A DNA stretch of 64,000 nt from Candidatus Bathyarchaeota archaeon (GCA_963739305.1 CAVTZU010000009.1:20399-84398), one strand, 5' to 3'; positions 1-11,044 are shown, numbered from the stretch's first letter. The notes: a model not told the origin generated them from the letters alone. A program made the numbers and translations.

Positions 1-822
1 AATGGATTAGCCGGTTTTCTCAAACTCAAAGCCGTCGCCTTCCCTTTTTCGAAGAAAGACTTTAACATACGAGCCGAAGAAGCACAAGAACTCATCACCA
101 AAACCAAGCCGAAAATCGTCCTTTTCGGCGCCAGCCTAATTCTTTTTCCTCACCCTGTCAAAGAACTGGCCAAAACTGCACGAGAAAACGGCGCAACCGT
201 CGGGTTTGATGGTTCACATGTCCTCGGCCTCATCGCAGGCGGACAATTCCAAGATCCAATTCGAGAGGGAGCCCAGCTTCTCTTCGGGTCAACCCACAAG
301 AGCCTCTTCGGACCCCAAGGAGGCATAATCCTCGCAAACAATCAACCAGGCAAACACCTCAAAAAGAAGATCTACCCAGGCTTCGTCGACAACGCCCACT
401 GGAACCGCATCGCTGCACTGACCCTGGCCCTTGCAGAGTTGAAAAAGTTCGGCAAACCCTATGCAACGCAAATCATCCGCAACTCTAAGACACTGGCCAA
501 GGCTCTCCATGACTACGGGTTCCCCGTGAAATGCGAACATCTAGGGTTCACTGAATCACACCAAACAATCTTGGACTACGGAAACCTCGATGAGGCTAGA
601 AGCATCGCTGAAAGACTTCAAAAAGCAAACATAATTAGCGACTGCGTCATCAGAATTGGAACCTGCGAAGTCACAAGGCGCGGAATGAAACAACGAGACA
701 TGCATAAGATCGCGGAACTCCTCAAGAGAACCGTCATCGACCGAGAGAAACCGGACACCATCAAGAAAGAAGTAGCCAAACTCTCAGCCGAGTTCCGAGA
801 AGCCCAGTACTGCTTCAAATAA
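1..822 (+). CDS. glyA: serine hydroxymethyltransferase, 5'-truncated by window edge
   Basis: Frame open from position 1; FDGSHVLGLIAGG and PLP-lysine motif GSTHKSLFGPQGG; C-terminal IRIGTCEVTRRGM. Confidence 0.93.
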   Translation, partial: NGLAGFLKLKAVAFPFSKKDFNIRAEEAQELITKTKPKIVLFGASLILFPHPVKELAKTARENGATVGFDGSHVLGLIAGGQFQDPIREGAQLLFGSTHKSLFGPQGGIILANNQPGKHLKKKIYPGFVDNAHWNRIAALTLALAELKKFGKPYATQIIRNSKTLAKALHDYGFPVKCEHLGFTESHQTILDYGNLDEARSIAERLQKANIISDCVIRIGTCEVTRRGMKQRDMHKIAELLKRTVIDREKPDTIKKEVAKLSAEFREAQYCFK

Positions 823-879
823 TGAAGAACCCGTTTGAATAGCATATGAAACCTCGGTCACCTTCATCAACGGGCTCTA

Positions 880-887
880 GCGCGCGC
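880..887. repeat. (GC)4 alternating tract, member of a window-wide intergenic family
   Basis: TAGCGCGCGCCTA between glyA and the next gene; see findings for all copies. Confidence 0.8.
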
Positions 888-941
888 CTAAAGGAAAAAC
901 CCAAATAACCCTACTCCCTAATTGTAAGCAGGAATTACACG

Positions 942-1805
942 ATGAATTTGAACCGTGCGTCATCCCCAGAGAATCCTCCTGCTGCAGACCAGACGCCTGT
1001 GCCTCCAGTACCCAGCAGAAGGTCAAGAAAAAAGATCTTTGCCATCGTAGGAACCATCTCTGTTGTCGCTGTTGCTTTGGCTCTAGTGTTGATGTTTTTG
1101 ATCCCTCCAAGCGTCGAGGAAACAATACCTTTGACCTACAACTACACCCCAGGAGAAGAAATGACTTACAACGTTACTGTGACTGGAACGAGTAGCACTG
1201 GACAGAACATCTCCACGCCCGTTACAGAGAGTTTAAGCATTAACGTAATCAGTTTCGACGGAGAAAACTACACTATCAACGAGACCATGACGATTTCAAT
1301 GCCTTCGGGCGCCCCGATATCGTATAGCTTCACCATGAAGATGAATAAGACTGGATACTCTACGAACCTTAACAGTACCGGTGGGCTCCAATCAGCTTTT
1401 TCCATGTTTGGCAGCTTTTGGCCGTTTGGTCAAGAGACCGAGGCAAAGGTCGGGGAAACAATACAAGTGCCATTGAACGAAACCTCTCCATACTACAGTC
1501 TAAATGGAACGGTAACGTTGAAGTTCGGTGAAATCCAGAACATCACGGTGCCAGCCGGCGAGTACCGAGTCTTCAAGATCGACATCTCAAGCGGCAACAT
1601 ATCAATGGTCGTCAACTCACCGGTTTCTGGCAACGTTTCAATTTCGGAAATCTTCTCTTTCAATGGACAAACGTATCTTGAATATGGAACCTGCCGTCTG
1701 GTTGAATCTGAGCTTCAAGAGACGATGGCGATCCAAACGGCCACCATGAATTCTACTCAAAACATGTCTATGCAGATGATGCTCGTTCATCACATCAAAG
1801 GCTAA
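942..1805 (+). CDS. membrane-anchored Ser/Thr/Asn-rich beta-strand hypothetical protein
   Basis: N-terminal TM helix after basic patch; many N-x-S/T sequons; ITVPAGEYRVFKI motif; stop followed directly by CGCGC. Confidence 0.75.
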   Translation: MNLNRASSPENPPAADQTPVPPVPSRRSRKKIFAIVGTISVVAVALALVLMFLIPPSVEETIPLTYNYTPGEEMTYNVTVTGTSSTGQNISTPVTESLSINVISFDGENYTINETMTISMPSGAPISYSFTMKMNKTGYSTNLNSTGGLQSAFSMFGSFWPFGQETEAKVGETIQVPLNETSPYYSLNGTVTLKFGEIQNITVPAGEYRVFKIDISSGNISMVVNSPVSGNVSISEIFSFNGQTYLEYGTCRLVESELQETMAIQTATMNSTQNMSMQMMLVHHIKG

Positions 1806-1884
1806 CGCGCTGCAAAAGAATAAGTAGAATTCACGAATCAGACTGCTTATAGGATCCGACAGTGAGTATTCCTTGTGACAGAAA

Positions 1885-2031
1885 ATGAGAAACACTAAAC
1901 CATTAAGATGCCAAAGATGCGGAAAACCTATTGGCTACGTCACTGTACTAGCGAAAGGCCTAACAGGTCTACAACAACCACTTCAAGACGTGAAGCTTAT
2001 TGCCATTTGCCTTGAGTGTTCACAGAAATAG
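1885..2031 (+). CDS. small CxxC...CxxC zinc-finger protein (48 aa, below ORF-track cutoff)
   Basis: Translation MRNTKPLRCQRCGKPIGYV...IAICLECSQK*. Confidence 0.6.
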   Translation: MRNTKPLRCQRCGKPIGYVTVLAKGLTGLQQPLQDVKLIAICLECSQK

Positions 2032-2071
2032 TACACGCTCAGTTTGGGCAGAGTTTCATTCCGAAATGGGC

Positions 2072-2567
2072 CTATGCTTTCGACTGAAGCTTCTTCGTTC
2101 TCCGTTTCATCTCATCAGATAGGTACTCCCAAAACCTGAACATGTTGGCGTTACCTGAATCTTTTCGCATTTCCCCGATAAGCGGTTCAACATCGTCCCA
2201 AGACGACTCAATTATGTCGCCCCAGAAATCATACACGATGTCCGCTTCAACAAGTCTCCTGAAAACAAGTATACCCATCCCTTCAAAATAGTTCCCAAGT
2301 ATCTTCAACATTTTGTCCTCCTGCTTTCCAGAGTATTTCTCAACGATAATCCGCATAATTCTTGTACTCGATGGAGCAGACCTGAGCTATTGCTTCCTGC
2401 ACCTCTTCGGCGTTCATATTGAACCATGGAGATAGCCGAATGACGCTCTCCGTTTGTCTCAATCTACTCTGGTGCCGAATCTCCAAGACGTAGTACACGA
2501 CTCCCGCCAGCACACCCGCAGACGCAATTACGATAGAAACGGTCTGTACGTCAAACATAGCTGACAC
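2072..2567 (-). CDS. N-terminal TM hypothetical protein (DUF4760-like), split by one frameshift near 2345
   Basis: ORFs 2340-2567 and 2072-2356 join as ...NYADY/VEKYSG... if one base is removed. Confidence 0.65.
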
Positions 2568-2867
2568 CCTGACTAAAACGAGAGTGTTGATCTTGACAAC
2601 TTAAACTTTTCAGCGAAATTGAAGCCAGTTAGTGAATCTTGAGTGTTCCGCCGACCTGTAGGCGTCAAGTTCAAGAAAGTTGAGGGGTGGCAGGCGAGAT
2701 TCTGCGGTAACTCACATTACGGAACTCCATATGTTCACCGAGTACATCTGGGCACCAGCGCGCGCCAACCCATCCTTTACAAGACTATTCGCCGTATTCA
2801 GGTATAGCTTTCCCGGCGCAGTGTTTTTATATCATGCTCTGCCCCGTCTACCTTTGAGGAACGCGCT

Positions 2868-3176
2868 ATGGTCTTCGGTCTCACCCGAAAGTCCAAATAC
2901 CGTGAATTGGAGAAGCAGAGAGACGAGTTAAAGGCGTACATGAATGTCTTGACCGCCGAGATGGGAACGCTTCGAAAAGAATTTGCAGAGTTGAAAAAGG
3001 ACATGAGGGCCTCCAAAGAAAGGACCCGTCGACTTCAGGAAGAGACGAACACCCTTCGCGTCCAAAGACAGGGACTCACCGATTCCATCGAAATCCTCAC
3101 CAAGGAAAGGGAGATCTTTCAAAAAACCATTCAAGAACTCTGCCAGGCCGTAAGGAAACAAAAGCGCATTCGTTGA
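2868..3176 (+). CDS. coiled-coil hypothetical protein
   Basis: Heptad-like Leu/Glu/Lys/Arg pattern; GAGGA upstream of start. Confidence 0.65.
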   Translation: MVFGLTRKSKYRELEKQRDELKAYMNVLTAEMGTLRKEFAELKKDMRASKERTRRLQEETNTLRVQRQGLTDSIEILTKEREIFQKTIQELCQAVRKQKRIR

Positions 3177-3273
3177 CTTTTCCTATACTAAATTTTCTCA
3201 ACCATCAAAACTACTTTTATTCCACCATTCACTAACCTTCAAATGTATATCCTAAACAAAAAAGCGACCTATC

Positions 3274-4320
3274 ATGGAAACAGCCCCTCCGCCAACTCTC
3301 ATCGACGTCTTAAGAAGACAAAAGTACCATCTCATTGGGCGACATTCCGCAGTGAAAAGATGCAGATGGTTCTATGAAACACTAATCAATGACCGCCCGT
3401 GTTACAAACAAAAGTTCTACGGCATAAAAACACATCAGTGCATTCAAATGACCCCTGCCACATTCTATTGCACTCAAAAATGCATCTTCTGTTGGAGAGC
3501 CCAGACCGAAGACCTCCACCTAACGTGGAATGAAATGAACCTCCCAACATGGGACAACCCAGAGGAAATAATCGAGAAAAGCATCGAAGCCCAGGAACAC
3601 ATCCTGACCGGCTACCCTGACAACCCGAAAACCAACATGAGAAAATATCGAGAAGCACTTAGACCAAGACACGTAGCCATAAGTCTAACCGGCGAACCCA
3701 CACTCTACGAACACCTCGGCGACCTCATCCAGGCCTTTCACAGAAAAGGCTTCACAACGTTTCTGGTATCAAACGGAACCATCCCGACTGCCCTGAAAGA
3801 CTTGAAAGAAGAGCCCACGCAACTCTACATTTCCCTCTGTGCCCCCGACAAAGAAACATACAAACAGACGTGCAGACCGCAAATTTCAAGAGCCTGGCAG
3901 AAAATCAACGAAACCCTAGAACTTTTGCCCAGCTTCAAGTGTCCAACTGCACTGCGAATAACGGCGGTCCATGGGTTAAACCTGAAAAACCCGGCAGCTT
4001 ATTCCAGACTCATCGAAAAAGCGAACCCAACGTACATCGAGGCAAAATCCTACATGCACGTGGGCTTCTCGAGACTCCGACTGGGCTATGAGGGCATGGC
4101 AACTCACGAAGAGATCCGTAATTTCTCCATCGAGCTAGCGAAAGAAACAGGTTACAACTTGATAGATGAATCAAAGGACAGCCGCGTCGTACTATTAAGC
4201 AGGCTTGAACGTCCGCTTGAAGTTCGGCGACGGTTGAACTGCATTGTAATCAATACAGAAACAAGGGATTGTTACAGATCAACATTAATTTTTGTTGAAT
4301 TGAATGAGAACAAAACTTAA
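3274..4320 (+). CDS. taw1: 4-demethylwyosine synthase (radical SAM, Taw1/TYW1)
   Basis: HSAVKRCRW, CYKQKFYGI, CTQKCIFCWR, AISLTGEP, YMHVGFSRLRL. Confidence 0.92.
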   Translation: METAPPPTLIDVLRRQKYHLIGRHSAVKRCRWFYETLINDRPCYKQKFYGIKTHQCIQMTPATFYCTQKCIFCWRAQTEDLHLTWNEMNLPTWDNPEEIIEKSIEAQEHILTGYPDNPKTNMRKYREALRPRHVAISLTGEPTLYEHLGDLIQAFHRKGFTTFLVSNGTIPTALKDLKEEPTQLYISLCAPDKETYKQTCRPQISRAWQKINETLELLPSFKCPTALRITAVHGLNLKNPAAYSRLIEKANPTYIEAKSYMHVGFSRLRLGYEGMATHEEIRNFSIELAKETGYNLIDESKDSRVVLLSRLERPLEVRRRLNCIVINTETRDCYRSTLIFVELNENKT

Positions 4321-4340
4321 ATATTCGCAAGGTCGAAAGT

Positions 4341-4559
4341 GTGCTCTTTATACTACAGATTGAATCAAGGTGTCAGCGGTTGGTCAGTAACGGAAAAGGA
4401 CGATTATTCAAGAGAAAAGACGGAAAATATCTAGTCTACCTACCCAAAGACCTGGCCGAAGACAGCATATTCCCCTTCAAAGGCTCAGATTCTGTCTTCG
4501 TCAAAATAACCTTCAAACTCGGCGACAATAAACTGCTGGTAGAAAACTGGAAAGAGTAA
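4341..4559 (+). CDS. small AbrB/SpoVT-like hypothetical protein (start probably about 4380)
   Basis: GRLFKRKDGKYLVYLPKDL resembles a swapped-hairpin DNA-binding motif. Confidence 0.55.
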   Translation: MLFILQIESRCQRLVSNGKGRLFKRKDGKYLVYLPKDLAEDSIFPFKGSDSVFVKITFKLGDNKLLVENWKE

Positions 4560-4668
4560 TCAAAAGAGTAGAACACTTATCATTCTCCAGCAACTTCAAA
4601 TTCTAATCCACAGTTAGTGCGCGCTAATACTCGATCGATCGTTTGGGCAAGAACTTAGCGCCTGTTGG

Positions 4669-5629
4669 TCAGGAGATTTGCAGACTGAAAAACATTAAGA
4701 AGAATATTACAATGCCAGTTGAGATGCCAAAGACCATCGCTGATGCACCGCGACGTAGATTTCCTAATCGAACGTTGATAGGAGCAGCATAAGCGAAAAA
4801 CGCCATTGAAAGAGCGGTCACCACTCCCCATGTGACGGCCCAGTACATCGGCGCCAATGTTCCGTAGATATTCCTTCCTAGATTAAAGAAGAAGTCAAGC
4901 AGTGGATATGACAATAAATAGATGAGGAAAAGGGGTTTTGCTCTGTACCCTTCTATTTGCTTATCTAAGAAGTCAAAACATTCCCTTTCTTTGAATGGGA
5001 CAAACCAATTGGTCATCGGGAACTTCCCTAGCCTCAGAATGTGTCCCTTGGGTCAATTCCCAACTCGTCCAGACCAAAGAACAAGTGAACAGACGCGTAT
5101 CTAACCACTGCACTTTCAAGATCTATTTCAATCTTTGGAAAGGCGGCCATACCAAAAAGTACGAACCCTGCACAGACAGGTAAAGTCACAATCATCAAGG
5201 GAATGATCGGATTACCGACGTAGAAACCTTGCATCGAAAAAGTATAGATACCATTGAAACAAAATCGTCACGAAAGCAATAACGAACATGAGCCAAATGA
5301 AACCCTGCGTGAGATTGAAGGCTCGAGTCACAAAGGTTCTCGATATTGATGCGAAGAGATGATGGCTCGGTTTCCTTCCCCACGGACTTCTGAAGGAAGT
5401 TCACGGCCAATTGACCTTTGTCGGACAAACTGTACTTTCTGCTTTCGTCCTTCTTGATCAGATCTCCCAGTATCTTGAGATGATAATTGAATTTCCCAGT
5501 ATTCGTAATTCCCACAAGGTTCATCAGATCAACGTACGAAACGCTTCCGTTCTTAGACAGGGTTAGGATAATCTTCCGCCTGATCTGATTCTTTAAGACG
5601 TCGCTCAACGATTCGAAATTTACGCTCAA
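4669..5629 (-). CDS. winged-HTH (ArsR-like) fused to a multi-TM domain; two apparent frameshifts
   Basis: RRKIILTL..VSYVDLM..GKFNYHLKILGDLI HTH; pieces 5195-5629, 5034-5234 and 4669-5016 can be joined through alternative frames. Confidence 0.65.
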
Positions 5630-5757
5630 CTATTCCAGCGCCCGCACTCAAATGAAGCATACCGCTAAGACTCGATTTAAAGCTGTTTGACTAAAAGACT
5701 TATCAAGAACTAGTTATCGCGCCGTGCATTGTTTTTCCCAAGTACGTTTTAAGATCG

Positions 5758-6110
5758 ATGAATAGGTTACCTAGAGAGCGTGGTATGGTCTTTGGCACCT
5801 CATGGCAGACTGCACACAACAGCTTCAACGGTCAAAGAAAGAATGGTGTAAATAAACTGGGCAATCCTCGAATTCTGCAAATACACTTCCACACGTTTCG
5901 TCATTGGAAGGCGACGATGAAGTATCATCGGACGAAAGATATTCTTCATGTGATGAGATTATTGGGGCATAAGAACGTCGCTAATACGTTGATCTACACG
6001 CAATTAGTTGAGTTTGGGAGCGATGAATACTGTTCCGCAGTGGCGGATAATGTCGGTGAGGCAAAAAAACTAATCGAAGCCGGATTTGAGTACGTCTGCA
6101 GCCATAAGGC
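5758..6110 (+). pseudogene. tyrosine recombinase/integrase C-terminal fragment
   Basis: HTFRHW, LLGHKN and TLIYTQL (catalytic H-x-x-R, H and Y); N-terminal half absent; frame runs on into the next gene. Confidence 0.8.
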
Positions 6111-6226
6111 GGTCGATTTCTCTCGGTGCCATCAAAGAATAAACTACAATCGTTCGTGCGTAGCCAAGGATGTGTTACTTTCTTATAGGTGCAAGCCAGT
6201 CTGTAGCCTGCTGAGGTGCTCGGAAG

Positions 6227-7198
6227 TTGACAAGTCTTCTCGATCCATTGGAAATAAAAGGATTGACTCTCAGAAATCGAATAGTCATGCCTCCTATGCA
6301 AACGGGCCGAGCCACAATTAAGGGCGCGGTCACCGACAGACTGATTGGTTTCTACACAAGACGTTCAGGGACATTAGGCTTGTTGATTGTTGAACACTGC
6401 TATGTCTCTGAACGTGGAAAACTGAGTTACAAGCAGCTGGGGATCTACGATGACGAGTTGATTGAAGGACTAGAGCGGCTCGCGAGCAAAATTCACGCGT
6501 TAGCAACCCCCGTCGTTGTCCAGATCTCACACGCAGGAGGCGTTGCGATCAGGGAAGTCATCGGCAGTGAACCCGCGGGTCCATCAGCAACCAAGCTCAG
6601 CCGTGAACTCTCCAGAAGCGAGATTGACGATTCAGCTGAAGAGTTCGCGACGGCTGCAGAACGCGCAATTAAAGCGGGTTTTGACGGAGTTGAGCTTCAC
6701 GGAGCCCACGGCTTCCTGCTCAACCAATTCTTCTCCCCGCTGCTCAATAAGCGTGAGGACGAGTACGGCGGCTCTCTCGAGAACAGAATGCGTTTTCCTC
6801 TGATGGTTGTGGAGAGAGTTCGAGAACGAATAAAAAACCGGCTTCTGCTCTACCGATTGGGCGCAGACGACCTTGACCCTAACGGGACGCACATCGAAGA
6901 CGCTGTCGCCTTCGCAGTGAAGCTTGAGCAACACGGCGTTGACGTTATCGATGTGTCGGGCGGGTTGTGCGGAAGCGAACCCAAGCAGCTTCGAAACGTA
7001 AAAGGCTACTTCATCCCTCAAGCCTACGAAATAAAAAAGGCCGTAAGTGTTCCCGTTGTCGGCGTGGGAGGAATCACCCAAGCAGAATACGCGGACAAAC
7101 TAGTTCGAGACAGAAAAGTTGACCTAGTTGCTGTCGGCAGAGCACTTTGGAAGGATCCGAAGTGGGCCGAGAAAGCTGTTGAGACCCTGAAAGCCTAA
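6227..7198 (+). CDS. NADH:flavin oxidoreductase (Old Yellow Enzyme family)
   Basis: NRIVMPPM, AGFDGVELHGAHGFLLNQFFSP, REDEYGGSLENRMRF. Confidence 0.93.
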   Translation: MTSLLDPLEIKGLTLRNRIVMPPMQTGRATIKGAVTDRLIGFYTRRSGTLGLLIVEHCYVSERGKLSYKQLGIYDDELIEGLERLASKIHALATPVVVQISHAGGVAIREVIGSEPAGPSATKLSRELSRSEIDDSAEEFATAAERAIKAGFDGVELHGAHGFLLNQFFSPLLNKREDEYGGSLENRMRFPLMVVERVRERIKNRLLLYRLGADDLDPNGTHIEDAVAFAVKLEQHGVDVIDVSGGLCGSEPKQLRNVKGYFIPQAYEIKKAVSVPVVGVGGITQAEYADKLVRDRKVDLVAVGRALWKDPKWAEKAVETLKA

Positions 7199-7339
7199 TC
7201 ACCCCCCACGAGTATCGAAGATAGTTGAGGTTATGATGTGCCATCCAAATGCGTTTCTGGCAAATCTTTATATGAGCGGAAAAGATATGGCGTGAGGTTA
7301 CAATAAGGGCGAACGTAAAAAAAGCAGGAATCGACCATT

Positions 7340-8287
7340 TTGACAAATCCGTCAATTGAAGCATCAAATCTTTCCAAGCGTTACGGCTCGTTTCTCGCCG
7401 TATCAAACCTAAATTTGAAAATCGAAGGGTCAAAGTGCGTTGGATTCTTGGGGCCAAACGGCGCAGGAAAGACAACCACCCTCAAAATGTTCACTGACCT
7501 AATCAGGCCTTCAACTGGACAAGCTCTGATAAACGGAGTAAACGTTCACACCAACAAGAAAAAAGCGCTGGCTTCCGTCGGTTCACTCATCGAAACGCCC
7601 GAAATCTATTCATCGCTGACCGCCAGAGAAGGGCTTATGATGATAGCCGAAATCAGAGGCGTGCCCCGCGCAGAGCGAAACAAAAGAATCGAAGAAGCCG
7701 TTTCAGAAGTGCGAATGGAAGAATGGATTGACAAAAGAATCGGCAAGTTCTCGAAGGGAATGAAACAAAGAATATGCATAGCCTCGGCTCTGCTCAGCCA
7801 ACCAGACATTCTCCTCCTCGATGAGCCGAGCAACGGGCTTGACCCCAGGGGAATGAGCGAAGTCAGAGATATCGTAAGATCTCTCAAGAATAAGAAAAGA
7901 CTAATTTTCATGAGCTCCCACATTCTCAGCGAGGTTTCCGAAGTCTGCGATGAAGTTGCGATGATCGACCATGGAAAACTGATCGTTTACGACACGATTT
8001 CCAACGTGACAGCCAAGTTTTCTGCAGGAGAAAACATCGTCGAAGTTGGACTGCAGCGTCCTATCGGCGCCGATTTCGTGTCCAAGTCTATCGCTAACCT
8101 CCCTGGCGTGGTTGCAGCTGAAAGGAAAGACGAGAGAAACCTCAGGATCAGGTTCAAAGGAGATTTAGAAAGTCAAGCACAGATCCTTTCTGAGCTGGTA
8201 AGCATGAATATCGGAGTGGTTAGCTACAAGCCAGCCACGTCGGAACTGGAAGATGCTTACCTCAAGCTGATCAAAGAGACGGTGTGA
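7340..8287 (+). CDS. ABC-2 type transporter ATP-binding protein
   Basis: GPNGAGKTT, FSKGMKQR, LLLDEP. Confidence 0.93.
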   Translation: MTNPSIEASNLSKRYGSFLAVSNLNLKIEGSKCVGFLGPNGAGKTTTLKMFTDLIRPSTGQALINGVNVHTNKKKALASVGSLIETPEIYSSLTAREGLMMIAEIRGVPRAERNKRIEEAVSEVRMEEWIDKRIGKFSKGMKQRICIASALLSQPDILLLDEPSNGLDPRGMSEVRDIVRSLKNKKRLIFMSSHILSEVSEVCDEVAMIDHGKLIVYDTISNVTAKFSAGENIVEVGLQRPIGADFVSKSIANLPGVVAAERKDERNLRIRFKGDLESQAQILSELVSMNIGVVSYKPATSELEDAYLKLIKETV

Positions 8288-9148
8288 TTGAAATGAACGA
8301 GACACAAACTGCACCTAGCAACGTAGTGCCGAGCAGCATTGCACAAGTCGGCATTACGATGAAGTACACGTTTCTCGACTACTTCAGATCCCGTAGATTT
8401 TTCATACTCCTTATCATAAGTCTCTTGGTATCCGCTCTTCTAACGATCTTGGTAGGCTACTACCGTCCCGAGAGTTTTCTTGCGTCGGATCTATCTTTCT
8501 ATGACTAGCTGGTGGGGAAACTCCGTAACCTTCGTGATCATACTCTCTGGAATCTTCTTCGGGGGAGACGCTATTTCAGGGGAATTTCAGAACAAGACAG
8601 GCTACTTCGGAATCCCCAACCCGATTAGAAGATCGTCAATATATATCGGGAAGTGGCTTGCAGCTTTCTTCGCCGCTACCATGATACTTCTTGTATTCAC
8701 AGTAATCACGGTGGGAAACGGGATATACTATTTTGGGGCAAACGTGCCATATCAGTTCGCGGAATCTCTGCTATTCGCATGGTTCTATCTTGCCGCCGTC
8801 CTTGGATTCACGTTCTTCTTCAGCTCGTTGTTCAAGAGCAGCTCGATGTCCATCATCGTAACCGCCATACTTTTCCTCTTCGTATTCTCACTAATACAAA
8901 CACTCGTTGCAAACCTTGTCAAAATAGAGCCCTGGTTCATTCTGACCTACGGAGCCGGCATAATCGGAAACATACTGACTGTTCCCTACCCAGACCACAT
9001 TCACACCGAAACCTTTGGTGCAGCAGGAAGAATAACTATAACCACATACAATGCCACGATCCCAGAAGGACTTGCCATATTAGGACTTTACTTCATCATC
9101 ACCGCGATTCTAGGACTGTTGCTTTTCGAGAGAAAGGAGTTTACCTGA
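8284..9148 (+). CDS. ABC-2 transporter permease, one frameshift near 8503
   Basis: Two TM-rich ORFs join as ...LSFY/TSWWG...; ISGEFQNKTG motif; follows the ATPase. Confidence 0.85.
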
Positions 9149-9258
9149 GCAAGACTCAAACAAGATAGGCAACAGCACAAAGTCTAGGCACACACGATCA
9201 TGTCTCTAATGCTTCTATAACTATTTCTGGTTATTCACGCGTGCCCCTGCCTAAGCGT

Positions 9259-9606
9259 CTAAGACTTGAGCTGGAACCCACAATAGGGACAGAAAGCAAA
9301 TTCACCTTCAGGGACAGCCTTTCCACACTGGGGACACGGCACCGCACTCTTGGTCGCCATCGAAGCCAATTGCCCCACGAACCTCAGATAGACACGCGAG
9401 TAATAGAGATACACCACAAATCCAAGCGCAGCAATCACAATCCCCAAGATTCCCAAATTAAAGGAATTGCTTGCCAGCGACGTAGTCGAGAATCCAGCAA
9501 CAGACACCACAATCCCTGCAATGCATACAACGAGACCGGCTCTCTCGTTTCGCTTCGCTTCCCTCATCACTTCTTGAAGAAGAGCGATCCTTGCCGCTTC
9601 AGACAA
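9259..9606 (-). CDS. two-TM protein with C-terminal zinc ribbon
   Basis: CPQCG...FCPYCG. Confidence 0.8.
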   Translation of the reverse strand: MSEAARIALLQEVMREAKRNERAGLVVCIAGIVVSVAGFSTTSLASNSFNLGILGIVIAALGFVVYLYYSRVYLRFVGQLASMATKSAVPCPQCGKAVPEGEFAFCPYCGFQLKS

Positions 9607-9822
9607 ATCAAGAACCTCTTCTGCAAAATATCTCAGGCAGGAAAATTAAACGTTTCGTAACACAAGGCCGAAAAAAGACAAATCATGACAGCTCCGAAGT
9701 GTTCTTGATCCTTGAGTCAGATAACCATGAATGTTATATTCAAATAAGAATATTTATACTCCAAACGTTCCTTTAACACATAGTACTCGCAATTAATATC
9801 CAAAACGTCAAAAACTCCATGG

Positions 9823-10083
9823 GTGTCAGGATTGATTGAAGCTTTCGTGCTCGTCAGCGTGAAGGAAGATGCATCAAGTCCAGATCTCGACTTCATGAAC
9901 AACGTCAAAAAAGAAATCGTCAAACTGAAAGGCGTCAAAGAAGTGAACGGCGTTTTTGGCCTTTACGACTTCGTCGTAAGAGTGGAAACTGAAACGCCGG
10001 AAGAGATGGGCATCTTAGTCACCCAAACCATGAGAATAATCAAGGGAGTAACAAAAACAGAAACGATGATCATAGGCTTCTAG
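9823..10083 (+). CDS. stand-alone Lrp/AsnC ligand-binding (RAM) domain protein
   Basis: AFVLV..GVKEV..VFGLYDFVVRVE..IKGVTKTETMI. Confidence 0.85.
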   Translation: MSGLIEAFVLVSVKEDASSPDLDFMNNVKKEIVKLKGVKEVNGVFGLYDFVVRVETETPEEMGILVTQTMRIIKGVTKTETMIIGF

Positions 10084-10183
10084 AAAGCTAATCGCGCAGT
10101 TCTGAGAACTCAGGTTGTTCATCAAAGAACGCGCTAGGCAGAGTGCAAATCTCGTTCTTAAGCCTGTTGTGCTTGTGGGAGTT

Positions 10184-10609
10184 TTATCTTGATGGTTTTC
10201 GACTCATGAAAGCGAGTACAAAACTAGCTGCGGGAATAAGCCATCCGAAGGGCAGCAAGGGCAAACTGTAGACCCAGCCGCCGAAGACACTTGCCAACAG
10301 TACATAGAGCAACGCGCCGTGTCCGAGGAATCCCCCGAACAACCCTCCCACGAGGACTAAGCTTGCGCCTACATCCGTAGTTCGCGATCGCGATCGATCG
10401 ATCCAAATTAGGACGCCGCCGATAAGCATGATTATTGCAGATATGAATACTAATGGCACTAGCAGGAAATAGACGAAGGGCAACGCGATCAAAGCCAACC
10501 CTGCGCTTACAAATCCTAGCATGGCTGAAGCCCTTCGATAGGCATTCTTCCTCGCGGCAACTCCTGAGGTTGGCTGCGTCATTCCCGAGGAATTGCTCGT
10601 TTCGGACAA
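10184..10609 (-). CDS. small multi-TM hypothetical protein
   Basis: Hydrophobic C-terminal part of ORF 10184-11101; TTG at 10609 with GGAGA upstream; the upstream part overlaps a real + strand gene. Confidence 0.6.
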   Translation of the reverse strand: MSETSNSSGMTQPTSGVAARKNAYRRASAMLGFVSAGLALIALPFVYFLLVPLVFISAIIMLIGGVLIWIDRSRSRTTDVGASLVLVGGLFGGFLGHGALLYVLLASVFGGWVYSLPLLPFGWLIPAASFVLAFMSRKPSR

Positions 10610-10807
10610 CTCAAATTCTCCAAGTTGAAGCTGATTGCCTCGGCTTATATCTTTTCTATTGAGCGCACAAACAGGCAAAATAAAGACTAACCCGCATTCT
10701 GTCAAGAGCGCGTTGTAATAGGCAAAAAGGGGCAAAGAAAATCTAGGAATTTTGGACTCGAAAAGCTGATTAGACCGAAGATGGCTACGTAGAACTGGTG
10801 CGCAAAG

Positions 10808-11044
10808 TTGATCGTTGCATTTATTTTGGCGAAAGTCGAGGCGGGAAAGGATGCACAGGTGCTCGCTGAAACCACTAAGATACCAGGAGTCAAACAGGTA
10901 GTTCCAACCTACGGCGTTTATGATCTGCACGTGGAAGTTGCTTTCGACAAAATGGAAGAACTCGACAGGTTCATCTTCGAGGAAATCAGAAAGATTCCAG
11001 GCATAAAAGAAACGGTGACCCTCGTAGCCTTCAAAGGGATATGA
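10808..11044 (+). CDS. stand-alone Lrp/AsnC ligand-binding domain protein
   Basis: AFILAKVEAG..YGVYDLHVEV..IRKIPGIKETVTL. Confidence 0.88.
   Translation: MIVAFILAKVEAGKDAQVLAETTKIPGVKQVVPTYGVYDLHVEVAFDKMEELDRFIFEEIRKIPGIKETVTLVAFKGI

Noticed and set aside
6110-6321. C-terminal extension of the integrase ORF
   Set aside because: Non-protein-like read-through overlapping the OYE gene; not a fusion.
10383-10403. CGCGATCGCGATCGATCGATC micro-repeat
   Set aside because: Lies in a CDS and encodes IDRSRSR; single occurrence.
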